Source of the DNA: Lytechinus pictus
Taxonomy: Eukaryota
Length of the DNA stretch: 64,000 nt
NCBI RefSeq assembly: GCF_037042905.1
Contig: NC_087251.1
Span: 28,770,001-28,834,000 of the forward strand
Direction of reading: 5' to 3'
Positions 1 to 15,000 of the stretch are shown one piece after another (position 1 is the first letter of the stretch; every line of letters starts with the position of its first letter). Position numbers and translations under genes: made by a program. A model generated the notes under the pieces. The model did not search any database, had not been told where the DNA came from, and saw nothing but the letters and a program-made list of their open reading frames with translations.

Positions 1-3000
1 TGTTTTAGCATCCTAACCGATTATTACAGCGAGAATCAAGAGGATCCAGGGAGTTTGAATTTTCGACCCCCTCGCCCCACCCGCGACATGAAAAATTGGG
101 CAAAATTGGCCAAAATTGAGCAAAATAATATTTGTTCAATATTTCCCCCGAAACCCCCCCAATCAGCCGTCTTTGCTCCCTGGGTTGTTTTAGCATCCTA
201 ACCGATTATTACAGCGAGAATCAAGAGGATCCAGGGAGTTTGAATTTTCGACCCCATTGCCCCACCCGCGACATGGAAAATTGGGCAAAATTGGCCAAAA
301 TTGAGCAAAATAATATTTGTTCAACATTTCCCCCGAAACCCCCCCAAATCAGCCGTCTTCGCTCCCTGGGATGTTTTAGCATACTAACCGATTATTACAG
401 TGAAAATCAAGAGAATCAAGAGGATCCAGGGAGTAAGAATTTTCGACCCCCTCGCCCCACCCGCGACATGGAAAATTGGGCAAAATTTGCCAAAATTGAG
501 CAAAATAATATTTGTTCAATATTTCCCCCTAAACCCCCCCAAATCAGCCGTCCTTGCTTCCTGGGATGTTTTAGCATCCTAACCGATTATTACAGCGAGA
601 ATCAAGAGGATCCAGGGAGTTTGAATTTTCGACCCCCTCGCCCCACCCGCGACATGAAAAATTGGGCAAAATTGGCCAAAATTGAGCAAAATAATATTTG
701 TTCAATATTTCCCCCGAAACCCCCCCAATCAGCCGTCTTTGCTCCCTGGGTTGTTTTAGCATCCTAACCGATTATTACAGCGAGAATCAAGAGGATCCAG
801 GGAGTTTGAATTTTCGACCCCATTGCCCCACCCGCGACATGGAAAATTGGGCAAAATTGGCCAAAATTGAGCAAAATAATATTTGTTCAACATTTCCCCC
901 GAAACCCCCCCAAATCAGCCGTCTTCGCTCCCTGGGATGTTTTAGCATCCTAACCGATTATTACAGCGAGAATCAAGAGGATCCAGAGAGTTTGAATTTT
1001 CGACCCCCTCGCCCCACCCGCGACATGGAAAATTGGGCAAAATTGGCCAAAATTGAGCAAAATAATATTTGTTCAATATTTCCCCCGAAACCCCCCCAAA
1101 TCAGCCGTCCTCGCTTCCTAGGATGTTTTAGCATCCTAACCGATTATTACAGTGAAAATCAAGAGAATCAAGAGGATCCAGGGAGTAAGAATTTTCGACC
1201 CCCTCGCCCCACCCGCGACATGGAAAATTGGGCAAAATTTGCCAAAATTGAGCAAAATAATATTTGTTCAATATTTCCCCCTAAACCCCCCCAAATCAGC
1301 CGTCCTCGCTTCCTGGGATGTTTTAGCATCCTAACCGATTATTACAGCGAGAATCAAGAGGATCCAGGGAGTTTGAATTTTCGACCCCCTCGCCCCACCC
1401 GCGACATGAAAATTTGGGCAAAATTGGCCAAAATTGAGCAAAATAATATTTGTTCAATATTTCCCCCGAAACCCCCCCAATCAGCCGTCTTTGGTCCCTG
1501 GGATGTTTTAGCATCCTAACCGATTATTACAGCGAGAATCAAGAGGATCCAGGGAGTTTGAATTTTCGACCCCATTGCCCCACCCGCGACATGGAAAATT
1601 GGCCAAAATTGAGCAAAATAATATTTGTTCAACATTTCCCCCGAAACCCCCCCAAATCAGCCGTCTTCGCTCCCTGGGATGTTTTCGCATCCTAATCGAT
1701 TATTACAGTGAGAATCAAGAGGATCCAGGGAATTTGAATTTTCGACCCCCTCGCCCCACCCGCGACATGGAAAATTGGGCAAAATTGGCCAAAATTGAGC
1801 AAAATATTATTTGTTCAATATTTTCCCCGAAACCCCCCCAAATCAGCCGTCTTCGCTCCCTGGAATGTTTTAGCATCCTAACCGATTATTACAGCGAGAA
1901 TCATGAGGATCCAGGGAGTTTGAATTTTCGACCCCCTCGCCCCACCCGCGACATGAAAAATTTGGCAAAATTGAGCAAAATAATATTTGTTCAATATTTC
2001 CCCCGAAACCCCCCCCCCAAATCAGCCGTCTTCGCTCCTTGGGATGTTTTAGCATCCTAACCGATTATTAAAGCAAGAATCAAGAGGATCCAGGGACTTT
2101 AAAATTTCGACCCCCTCGCCCCACCCGCAACGTGGAAAATTGGGCAAAATTAGCCAAAATTGAGCAAAATAATATTTGTTCAACATTTCCCCGAAACCCC
2201 CCCCAAATCAGCCGTCTTTGCTCCCTGGGATGTTTTAGCATCCTAACAGATTATTACAGCGAGAATCAAGAGGATCCAGGGAGTTTGATTTTTCGACCCC
2301 CTCGCCCCACCCGCGACATGGAAAATTGGGCAAAATTGGCCAAAATTGAGGAAAATAATATTTGTTCAATATTTCCCCCGAAACCCCCCCAAATCAGCCG
2401 TCTTCGCTCCCTGGGATGTTTTAGCATCCTAACCGATTATTACAGCGAGATTCAAGAGGATCCAGGGAGTTTGAATTTTCGACCCCCTCGCCCCACCCGC
2501 GACATGGAAAATTGGGCAAAATTGGCCAAAATTGAGCAAAATAATATTTGTTCAATATTTTCCCTGAAACCCCCCCAAATCAGCCGTCTTCGCTCCCTGG
2601 AATGTTTTAGCATCCTAACCGATTATTACAGCGAGAATCATGAGGATCCAGGGAGTTTGAATTTTCGACCCCCTCGCCCCACCCGCGACATGAAAAATTT
2701 GGCAAAATTGGCCAAAATTGAGCAAAATAATATTTGTTCAATATTTCCCCCGAAACCCCCCCCGAAATCAGCCGTCTTCGCTCCTTGGGATGTTTTAGCA
2801 TCCTAACCGATTATTAAAGCAAGAATCAAGAGGATCCAGGGACTTTAAAATTTCGACCAACTCGCCCCACCCGCAACGTGGAAAATTGGGCAAAATTAGC
2901 CAAAATTGAGCAAAATAATATTTGTTCAATATTTCCCCCGAAACTCCCCCAAATCAGCCGTCTTCGCTCCCTGGGATGTTTTAGCATACTAACCGATTAT

Positions 3001-6000
3001 TACAGTGAAAATCAAGAGAATCAAGAGGATCCAGGGAGTAAGAATTTTCGACCCCCTCGCCCCACCCGCTACATGGAAAATTGAGCAAAATTGGCCAAAA
3101 TTGAGCAAAATAATATTTGTTCAATATTTTCCCCGAAACCCCCCCAAATCAGCCGTCTTCGCTCCATGGAATGTTTTAGCATCCTAACCGATTATTACAG
3201 CGAGAATCATGAGGATCCAGGGAGTTTGAATTTTCGACCCCCTCGCCCCACCCGCGACATGAAAAATTTGGCAAAATTGGCCAAAATTGAGCAAAATAAT
3301 ATTTGTTCAATATTTCCCCCGAAACCCCCCCCGAAATCAGCCGTCTTCGCTCCTTGGGATGTTTTAGCATCCTAACCGATTATTAAAGCAAGAATCAAGA
3401 GGATCCAGGGACTTTAAAATTTCGACCAACTCGCCCCACCCGCAACGTGGAAAATTGGGCAAAATTAGCCAAAATTGAGCAAAATAATATTTGTTCAACA
3501 TTTCCCCGAAACCCCCCCCAAATCAGCCGTCTTTGCTCCCTTGGATGTTTTAGCATCCTAACAGATTATTACAGCGAGAATCAAGAGGATCCAGGGAGTT
3601 TGATTTTTCGACCCCCTCGCCCCACCCGCGACATGGAAAATTGGGCAAAATTGGCCAAAATTGAGGAAAATAATATTTGTTCAATATTTCCCCCGAAACC
3701 CCCCCAAATCAGCCGTCTTCGCTCCCTGGGATGTTTTAGCATCCTAACCGATTATTACAGCAAGATTCAAGAGGATCCAGGGAGTTTGAATTTTCGACCC
3801 CCTCGCCCCACCCGCGACATGGAAAATTGGGCAAAATTGGCAAAAATTGGCCAAAATTGAGCAAAATAATATTTGTTCAACATTTCCCCCGAAACCCCCC
3901 AAATCAGCCGTCTTCGCTCCCTGGGATGTTTTAGCATCCTAACAGATTATTACAGCGAGAATCAAGAGGATCCAGAGAGTTTGAATTTTCGACCCCCTCG
4001 CCCCACCCGCGACATGGAAAATTGGGCAAAATTGGCCAAAATTGAGCAAAATAATATTTGTTCAATATTTCCCCCGAAACCCCCCCAAATCAGCCGTCTT
4101 CGCTCCCTGGGATGTTTTAGCATACTAACCGATTATTACAGTGAAAATCAAGAGAATCAAGAGGATCCAGGGAGTAAGAATTTTCGACCCCCTCGCCCCA
4201 CCCGCGACATGGAAAATTGGGCAAAATTTGCCAAAATTGAGCAAAATAATATTTGTTCAATATTTCCCCCTAAACCCCCCCAAATCAGCCGTCCTTGCTT
4301 CCTGGGATGTTTTAGCATCCTAACCGATTATTACAGCGAGAATCAAGAGGATCCAGGGAGTTTGAATTTTCGACCCCCTCGCCCCACCCGCGACATGAAA
4401 AATTGGGCAAAATTGGCCAAAATTGAGCAAAATAATATTTGTTCAATATTTCCCCCGAAACCCCCCCAATCAGCCGTCTTTGCTCCCTGGGTTGTTTTAG
4501 CATCCTAACCGATTATTACAGCGAGAATCAAGAGGATCCAGGGAGTTTGAATTTTCGACCCCATTGCCCCACCCGCGACATGGAAAATTGGGCAAAATTG
4601 GCCAAAATTGGCCAAAATTGAGCAAAATAATATTTGTTCAACATTTCCCCCGAAACCCCCCAAATCAGCCGTCTTCGCTCCCTGGGATGTTTTAGCATCC
4701 TAACAGATTATTACAGCGAGAATCAAGAGGATCCAGAGAGTTTGAATTTTCGACCCCCTCGCCCCACCCGCGACATGGAAAATTGGGCAAAATCGTGCAA
4801 AATTGAGCAAAATAATATTTGTTCAATATTTCCCCCGAAACCCCCCCAAATCAGCCGTCTTCGCTCCCTGGGATGTTTTAGCATACTAACCGATTATTAC
4901 AGTGAAAATCAAGAGAATCAAGAGGATCCAGGGAGTAAGAATTTTCGACCCCCTCGCCCCACCCGCGACATGGAAAATTGGGCAAAATTTGCCAAAATTG
5001 AGCAAAATAATATTTGTTCAATATTTCCCCCTAAACCCCCCCAAATCAGCCGTCCTTGCTTCCTGGGATGTTTTAGCATCCTAACCGATTATTACAGCGA
5101 GAATCAAGAGGATCCAGGGAGTTTGAATTTTCGACCCCCTCGCCCCACCCGCGACATGAAAAATTGGGCAAAATTGGCCAAAATTGAGCAAAATAATATT
5201 TGTTCAATATTTCCCCCGAAACCCCCCCAATCAGCCGTCTTTGCTCCCTGGGTTGTTTTAGCATCCTAACCGATTATTACAGCGAGAATCAAGAGGATCC
5301 AGGGAGTTTGAATTTTCGACCCCATTGCCCCACCCGCGACATGGAAAATTGGGCAAAATTGGCCAAAATTGAGCAAAATAATATTTGTTCAACATTTCCC
5401 CCAAAACCCCCCCAAATCAGCCGTCTTCGCTCCCTGGGATGTTTTAGCATACTAACCGATTATTACAGCGAGAATCAAGAGGATCCAGAGAGTTTGAATT
5501 TTCGACCCCCTCGCCCCACCCGCGACATGGAAAATTGGGCAAAATTGTGCAAAATTGAGCAAAATAATATTTGTTCAATATTTCCCCCGAAACCCCCCCA
5601 AATCAGCCGTCCTCGCTTCCTGGGATGTTTTAGCATCCTAACCGATTATTACAGTGAAAATCAAGAGAATCAAGAGGATCCAGGGAGTAAGAATTTTCGA
5701 CCCCCTCGCCCCACCCGCGACATGGAAAATTGGGCAAAATTTGCCAAAATTGAGCAAAATAATATTTGTTCAATATTTCCCCCTAAAGCCCCCCAAATCA
5801 GCCGTCCTCGCTTCCTGGGATGTTTTAGCATCCTAACCGATTATTACAGCGAGAATCAAGAGGATCCAGGGAGTTTGAATTTTCGACCCCCTCGCCCCAC
5901 CCGCGACATGAAAAATTGGGCAAAATTGGGCAAAATTGAGCAAAATAATATTTGTTCAATATTTCCCCCGAAACCCCCCCAATCAGCCGTCTTTGGTCCC

Positions 6001-9000
6001 TGGGATGTTTTAGCATCCTAACCGATTATTACAGCGAGAATCAAGAGGATCCAGGGAGTTTGAATTTTCGACCCCATTGCCCCACCCGCGACATGGAAAA
6101 TTGGCCAAAATTGAGCAAAATAATATTTGTTCAACATTTCCCCCGAAACCCCCCAAAATCAGCCGTCTTCGCTCCCTGGGATGTTTTCGCATCCTAATCG
6201 ATTATTACAGTGAGAATCAAGAGGATCCAGGGAATTTGAATTTTCGACCCCCTCGCCCCACCCGCGACATGGAAAATTGGGCAAAATTGGCCAAAATTGA
6301 GCAAAATATTATTTGTTCAATATTTTCCCCGAAACCCCCCCAAATCAGCCGTCTTCGCTCCCTGGAATGTTTTAGCATCCTAACCGATTATTACAGCGAG
6401 AATCATGAGGATCCAGGGAGTTTGAATTTTCGACCCCCTCGCCCCACCCGCGACATGAAAAATTTGGCAAAATTTGCCAAAATTGAGCAAAATAATATTT
6501 GTTCAATATTTCCCCCGAAACCCCCCCCCCCAAATCAGCCGTCTTCGCTCCTTGGGATGTTTTAGCATCCTAACCGATTATTAAAGCAAGAATCAAGAGG
6601 ATCCAGGGACTTTAAAATTTCGACCCCCTCGCCCCACCCGCAACGTGGAAAATTGGGCAAAATTAGCCAAAATTGAGCAAAATAATATTTGTTCAACATT
6701 TCCCCGAAACCCCCCCCAAATCAGCCGTCTTTGCTCCCTGGGATGTTTTAGCATCCTAACAGATTATTACAGCGAGAATCAAGAGGATCCAGGGAGTTTG
6801 ATTTTTCGACCCCCTCGCCCCACCCGCGACATGGAAAATTGGGCAAAATTGGCCAAAATTGAGGAAAATAATATTTGTTCAATATTTCCCCCGAAACCCC
6901 CCCAAATCAGCCGTCTTCGTTCCCTGGGATGTTTTAGCATCCTAACCGAATATTACAGCGAGATTCAAGAGGATCCAGGGAGTTTGAATTTTCGACCCCC
7001 TCGCCCCACCCGCGACATGGAAAATTGGGCAAAATTGGCCAAAATTGAGCAAAATAATATTTGTTCAATATTTCCCCCGAAACTCCCCCAAATCAGCCGT
7101 CTTCGCTCCCTGGGATGTTTTAGCATACTAACCGATTATTACAGTGAAAATCAAGAGAATCAAGAGGATCCAGGGAGTAAGAATTTTCGACCCCCTCGCC
7201 CCACCCGCTACATGGAAAATTGAGCAAAATTGGCCAAAATTGAGCAAAATAATATTTGTTCAATATTTCCCCCTTAAACCCCCCCAAATCAGCCGTCCTT
7301 GCTTCCTGGGATGTTTTAGCATCCTAACCGATTATTACAGCGAGAATCAAGAGGATCCAGGGAGTTTGAATTTTCGACCCCCTCGCCCCACCCGCGACAT
7401 GAAAAATTGGGCAAAATTGGCCAAAATTGAGCAAAATAATATTTGTTCAATATTTCCCCCGAAACCCCCCCAAATCAGCCGTCCTTGCTTCCTGGGATGT
7501 TTTAGCATCCTAACCGATTATTACAGTGAAAATCAAGAGGATCCAGGGAGTTTGAATTTTCGACCCCCTCGCCCCACCCGCTACATGGAAAATTGGGCAA
7601 AATTGGCCAAAATTGAGCAAAATAATATTTGTTCAATATTTCCCCCTAAACCCCCCCAAATCAGCCGTCCTTGCTTCCTGGGATGTTTTAGCATCCTAAC
7701 CGATTATTACAGCGAGAATCAAGAGGATCCAGGGAGTTTGAATTTTCGACCCCCTCGCCCCACCCGCGACATGAAAAATTGGGCAAAATTGGCCAAAATT
7801 GAGCAAAATAATATTTGTTCAATATTTCCCCCGAAACCCCCCCAATCAGCCGTCTTTGCTCCCTGGGTTGTTTTAGCATCCTAACCGATTATTACAGCGA
7901 GAATCAAGAGGATCTAGGGAGTTTGAATTTTCGACCCCATTGCCCCACCCGGCGACATGGAAAATTGGGCAAAATTGGCCAAAATTGAGCAAAATAATAT
8001 TTGTTCAACATTTCCCCCGAAACCCCCCAAATCAGCCGTCTTCGCTCCCTGGGATGTTTTAGCATCCTAACAGATTATTACAGCGAGAATCAAGAGGATC
8101 CAGAGAGTTTGAATTTTCGACCCCCTCGCCCCACCCGCGACATGGAAAATTGGGCAAAATTGGCCAAAATTGAGCAAAATAATATTTGTTCAATATTTCC
8201 CCCGAAACCCCCCCAAATCAGCCGTCTTCGCTCCCTGGGATGTTTTAGCATACTAACCGATTATTACAGTGAAAATCAAGAGAATCAAGAGGATCCAGGG
8301 AGTAAGAATTTTCGACCCCCTCGCCCCACCCGCGACATGGAAAATTGGGCAAAATTTGCCAAAATTGAGCAAAATAATATTTGTTCAATATTTCCCCCTA
8401 AACCCCCCCAAATCAGCCGTCCTTGCTTCCTGGGATGTTTTAGCATCCTAACCGATTATTACAGCGAGAATCAAGAGGATCCAGGGAGTTTGAATTTTGG
8501 ACCCCCTCGCCCCACCCGCGACATGAAAAATTGGGCAAAATTGGCCAAAATTGAGCAAAATAATATTTGTTCAATATTTCCCCCGAAACCCCCCCAATCA
8601 GCCGTCTTTGCTCCCTGGGTTGTTTTAGCATCCTAACCGATTATTACAGCGAGAATCAAGAGGATCCAGGGAGTTTGAATTTTCGACCCCATTGCCCCAC
8701 CCGCGACATGGAAAATTGGGCAAAATTGGGCAAAATTGGCCAAAATTGAGCAAAATAATATTTGTTCAACATTTCCCCCGAAACCCCCCAAATCAGCCGT
8801 CTTCGCTCCCTGGGATGTTTTAGCATCCTAACAGATTATTACAGCGAGAATCAAGAGGATCCAGAGAGTTTGAATTTTCGACCCCCTCGCCCCACCCGCG
8901 ACATGGAAAATTGGGCAAAATCGTGCAAAATTGAGCAAAATAATATTTGTTCAATATTTCCCCCGAAACCCCCCCAAATCAGCCGTCTTCGCTCCCTGGG

Positions 9001-12000
9001 ATGTTTTAGCATACTAACCGATTATTACAGTGAAAATCAAGAGAATCAAGAGGATCCAGGGAGTAAGAATTTTCGACCCCCTCGCCCCACCCGCGACATG
9101 GAAAATTGGGCAAAATTTGCCAAAATTGAGCAAAATAATATTTGTTCAATATTTCCCCCTAAACCCCCCCAAATCAGCCGTCCTTGCTTCCTGGGATGTT
9201 TTAGCATCCTAACCGATTATTACAGCGAGAATCAAGAGGATCCAGGGAGTTTGAATTTTCGACCCCCTCGCCCCACCCGCGACATGAAAAATTGGGCAAA
9301 ATTGGCCAAAATTGAGCAAAATAATATTTGTTCAATATTTCCCCCGAAACCCCCCCAATCAGCCGTCTTTGCTCCCTGGGTTGTTTTAGCATCCTAACCG
9401 ATTATTACAGCGAGAATCAAGAGGATCCAGGGAGTTTGAATTTTCGACCCCATTGCCCCACCCGCGACATGGAAAATTGGGCAAAATTGGCCAAAATTGA
9501 GCAAAATAATATTTGTTCAACATTTCCCCCGAAACCCCCCCAAATCAGCCGTCTTCGCTCCCTGGGATGTTTTAGCATCCTAACCGATTATTACAGCGAG
9601 AATCAAGAGGATCCAGAGAGTTTGAATTTTCGACCCCCTCGCCCCACCCGCGACATGGAAAATTGGGCAAAATTGTGCAAAATTGAGCAAAATAATATTT
9701 GTTCAATATTTCCCCCGAAACCCCCCCAAATCAGCCGTCCTCGCTTCCTGGGATGTTTTAGCATCCTAACCGATTATTACAGTGAAAATCAAGAGAATCA
9801 AGAGGATCCAGGGAGTAAGAATTTTCGACCCCCTCGCCCCACCCGCGACATGGAAAATTGGGCAAAATTTGCCAAAATTGAGCAAAATAATATTTGTTCA
9901 ATATTTCCCCCTAAAGCCCCCCAAATCAGCCGTCCTCGCTTCCTGGGATGTTTTAGCATCCTAACCGATTATTACAGCGAGAATCAAGAGGATCCAGGGT
10001 GTTTGAATTTTCGACCCCCTCGCCCCACCCGCGACATGAAAAATTGGGCAAAATTGGCCAAAATTGAGCAAAATAATATTTGTTCAATATTTCCCCCGAA
10101 ACCCCCCCAATCAGCCGTCTTTGGTCCCTGGGATGTTTTAGCATCCTAACCGATTATTACAGCGAGAATCAAGAGGATCCAGGGAGTTTGAATTTTCGAC
10201 CCCATTGCCCCACCCGCGACATGGAAAATTGGCCAAAATTGAGCAAAATAATATTTGTTCAACATTTCCCCCGAAACCCCCCCAAATCAGCCGTCTTCGC
10301 TCCCTGGGATGTTTTCGCATCCTAATCGATTATTACAGTGAGAATCAAGAGGATCCAGGGAATTTGAATTTTCGACCCCCTCGCCCCACCCGCGACATGG
10401 AAAATTGGGCAAAATTGGCCAAAATTGAGCAAAATATTATTTGTTCAATATTTTCCCCGAAACCCCCCCAAATCAGCCGTCTTCGCTCCCTGGAATGTTT
10501 TAGCATCCTAACCGATTATTACAGCGAGAATCATGAGGATCCAGGGAGTTTGAATTTTCGACCCCCTCGCCCCACCCGCGACATGAAAAATTTGGCAAAA
10601 TTTGCCAAAATTGAGCAAAATAATATTTGTTCAATATTTCCCCCGAAACCCCCCCCCCAAATCAGCCGTCTTCGCTCCTTGGGATGTTTTAGCATCCTAA
10701 CCGATTATTAAAGCAAGAATCAAGAGGATCCAGGGACTTTAAAATTTCGACCCCCTCGCCCCACCCGCAACGTGGAAAATTGGGCAAAATTAGCCAAAAT
10801 TGAGCAAAATAATATTTGTTCAACATTTCCCCGAAACCCCCCCCAAATCAGCCGTCTTTGCTCCCTGGGATGTTTTAGCATCCTAACAGATTATTACAGC
10901 GAGAATCAAGAGGATCCAGGGAGTTTGATTTTTCGACCCCCTCGCCCCACCCGCGACATGGAAAATTGGGCAAAATTGGCCAAAATTGAGGAAAATAATA
11001 TTTGTTCAATATTTCCCCCGAAACCCCCCCAAATCAGCCGTCTTCGTTCCCTGGGATGTTTTAGCATCCTAACCGATTATTACAGCGAGATTCAAGAGGA
11101 TCCAGGGAGTTTGAATTTTCGACCCCCTCGCCCCACCCGCGACATGGAAAATTGGGCAAAATTGGCCAAAATTGAGCAAAATAATATTTGTTCAATATTT
11201 CCCCCGAAACTCCCCCAAATCAGCCGTCTTCGCTCCCTGGGATGTTTTAGCATACTAACCGATTATTACAGTGAAAATCAAGAGAATCAAGAGGATCCAG
11301 GGAGTAAGAATTTTCGACCCCCTCGCCCCACCCGCTACATGGAAAATTGAGCAAAATTGGCCAAAATTGAGCAAAATAATATTTGTTCAATATTTCCCCC
11401 TTAAACCCCCCCAAATCAGCCGTCCTTGCTTCCTGGGATGTTTTAGCATCCTAACCGATTATTACAGCGAGAATCAAGAGGATCCAGGGAGTTTGAATTT
11501 TCGACCCCCTCGCCCCACCCGCGACATGAAAAATTGGGCAAAATTGGCCAAAATTGAGCAAAATAATATTTGTTCAATATTTCCCCCGAAACCCCCCCAA
11601 ATCAGCCGTCCTTGCTTCCTGGGATGTTTTAGCATCCTAACCGATTATTACAGTGAAAATCAAGAGGATCCAGGGAGTTTGAATTTTCGACCCCCTCGCC
11701 CCACCCGCGACATGAAAAATTGGGCAAAATTGGCCAAAATTGAGCAAAATAATATTTGTTCAATATTTCCCCCGAAACCCCCCCAAATCAGCCGTCCTTG
11801 CTTCCTGGGATGTTTTAGCATCCTAACCGATTATTACAGCGAGAATCAAGAGGATCCAGGGAGTTTGAATTTTCGACCCCCTCGCCCCACCCGCGACATG
11901 AAAAATTGGGCAAAATTGGCCAAAATTGAGCAAAATAATATTTGTTCAATATTTCCCCCGAAACCCCCCCAATCAGCCGTCTTTGCTCCCTGGGTTGTTT

Positions 12001-15000
12001 TAGCATCCTAACCGATTATTACAGCGAGAATCAAGAGGATCCAGGGAGTTTGAATTTTCGACCCCATTGCCCCACCCGCGACATGGAAAATTGGGCAAAA
12101 TTGGCCAAAATTGAGCAAAATAATATTTGTTCAACATTTCCCCCGAAACCCCCCCAAATCAGCCGTCTTCGCTCCCTGGGATGTTTTAGCATCCTAACCG
12201 ATTATTACAGCAAGAATCAAGAGGATCCAGAGAGTTTGAATTTTTGACCCCCTCTCCCCACCCGCGACATGGAAAATTGGGCAAAATTGTGCAAAATTGA
12301 GCAAAATAATATTTGTTCAATATTTCCCCCGAAACCCCCCCAAATCAGCCGTCCTCGCTTTCTGGGATGTTTAAGCATCCTAACCGATTATTACAGTGAA
12401 AATCAAGAGGATCCAGGGAGTTTGAATTTTCGACCCCCTCGCCCCACCCGCGACATGGAAAATTGGGCAAAATTTGCCAAAATTGAGCAAAATAATATTT
12501 GTTCAATATTTCCCCCTAAACCCCCCCAAATCAGCCGTCCTTGCTTCCTGGGATGTTTTAGCATCCTAACCGATTATTACAGCGAGAATCAAGAGGATCC
12601 AGGGAGTTTGAATTTTCGACCCCCTCGCCCCACCCGCGACATGAAAAATTGGGCAAAATTGGCCAAAATTGAGCAAAATAATATTTGTTCAATATTTCCC
12701 CCGAAACCCCCCCAATCAGCCGTCTTTGCTCCCTGGGTTGTTTTAGCATCCTAACCGATTATTACAGCGAGAATCAAGAGGATCCAGGGAGTTTGAATTT
12801 TCGACCCCATTGCCCCACCCGCGACATGGAAAATTGGGCAAAATTGGCCAAAATTGAGCAAAATAATATTTGTTCAACATTTCCCCCGAAACCCCCCCAA
12901 ATCAGCCGTCTTCGCTCCCTGGGATGTTTTAGCATCCTAACCGATTATTACAGCGAGAATCAAGAGGATCCAGAGAGTTTGAATTTTCGACCCCCTCGCC
13001 CCACCCGCGACATGGAAAATTGGGCAAAATTGTGCAAAATTGAGCAAAATAATATTTGTTCAATATTTCCCCCGAAACCCCCCCAAATCAGCCGTCCTCG
13101 CTTCCTGGGATGTTTTAGCATCCTAACCGATTATTACAGTGAAAATCAAGAGAATCAAGAGGATCCAGGGAGTAAGAATTTTCGACCCCCTCGCCCCACC
13201 CGCGACATGGAAAATTGGGCAAAATTTGCCAAAATTGAGCAAAATAATATTTGTTCAATATTTCCCCCTAAACCCCCCCAAATCAGCCGTCCTCGCTTCC
13301 TGGGATGTTTTAGCATCCTAACCGATTATTACAGCGAGAATCAAGAGGATCCAGGGAGTTTGAATTTTCGACCCCCTCGCCCCACCCGCGACATGAAAAA
13401 TTGGGCAAAATTGGCCAAAATTGAGCAAAATAATATTTGTTCAATATTTCCCCCGAAACCCCCCCAATCAGCCGTCTTTGGTCCCTGGGATGTTTTAGCA
13501 TCCTAACCGATTATTACAGCGAGAATCAAGAGGATCCAGGGAGTTTGAATTTTCGACCCCATTGCCCCACCCGCGACATGGAAAATTGGCCAAAATTGAG
13601 CAAAATAATATTTGTTCAACATTTCCCCCGAAACCCCCCCAAATCAGCCGTCTTCGCTCCCTGGGATGTTTTCGCATCCTAATCGATTATTACAGTGAGA
13701 ATCAAGAGGATCCAGGGAATTTGAATTTTCGACCCCCTCGCCCCACCCGCGACATGGAAAATTGGGCAAAATTGGCCAAAATTGAGCAAAATATTATTTG
13801 TTCAATATTTTCCCCGAAACCCCCCCAAATCAGCCGTCTTCGCTCCCTGGAATGTTTTAGCATCCTAACCGATTATTACAGCGAGAATCATGAGGATCCA
13901 GGGAGTTTGAATTTTCGACCCCCTCGCCCCACCCGCGACATGAAAAATTTGGCAAAATTTGCCAAAATTGAGCAAAATAATATTTGTTCAATATTTCCCC
14001 CGAAACCCCCCCCCCCAAATCAGCCGTCTTCGCTCCTTGGGATGTTTTAGCATCCTAACCGATTATTAAAGCAAGAATCAAGAGGATCCAGGGACTTTAA
14101 AATTTCGACCCCCTCGCCCCACCCGCAACGTGGAAAATTGGGCAAAATTAGCCAAAATTGAGCAAAATAATATTTGTTCAACATTTCCCCGAAACCCCCC
14201 CCAAATCAGCCGTCTTTGCTCCCTGGGATGTTTTAGCATCCTAACAGATTATTACAGCGAGAATCAAGAGGATCCAGGGAGTTTGATTTTTCGACCCCCT
14301 CGCCCCACCCGCGACATGGAAAATTGGGCAAAATTGGCCAAAATTGAGGAAAATAATATTTGTTCAATATTTCCCCCGAAACCCCCCCAAATCAGCCGTC
14401 TTCGTTCCCTGGGATGTTTTAGCATCCTAACCGATTATTACAGCGAGATTCAAGAGGATCCAGGGAGTTTGAATTTTCGACCCCCTCGCCCCACCCGCGA
14501 CATGGAAAATTGGGCAAAATTGGCCAAAATTGAGCAAAATAATATTTGTTCAATATTTCCCCCGAAACTCCCCCAAATCAGCCGTCTTCGCTCCCTGGGA
14601 TGTTTTAGCATACTAACCGATTATTACAGTGAAAATCAAGAGAATCAAGAGGATCCAGGGAGTAAGAATTTTCGACCCCCTCGCCCCACCCGCTACATGG
14701 AAAATTGAGCAAAATTGGCCAAAATTGAGCAAAATAATATTTGTTCAATATTTCCCCCTTAAACCCCCCCAAATCAGCCGTCCTTGCTTCCTGGGATGTT
14801 TTAGCATCCTAACCGATTATTACAGCGAGAATCAAGAGGATCCAGGGAGTTTGAATTTTCGACCCCCTCGCCCCACCCGCGACATGAAAAATTGGGCAAA
14901 ATTGGCCAAAATTGAGCAAAATAATATTTGTTCAATATTTCCCCCGAAACCCCCCCAAATCAGCCGTCCTTGCTTCCTGGGATGTTTTAGCATCCTAACC

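Noticed and set aside
61..78. CENP-B box-like TTCG...CG motif
   Set aside because: tttcgaccccctcgccc lacks the required A and terminal GG of nTTCGnnnnAnnCGGG; the other TTCG sites also fail.
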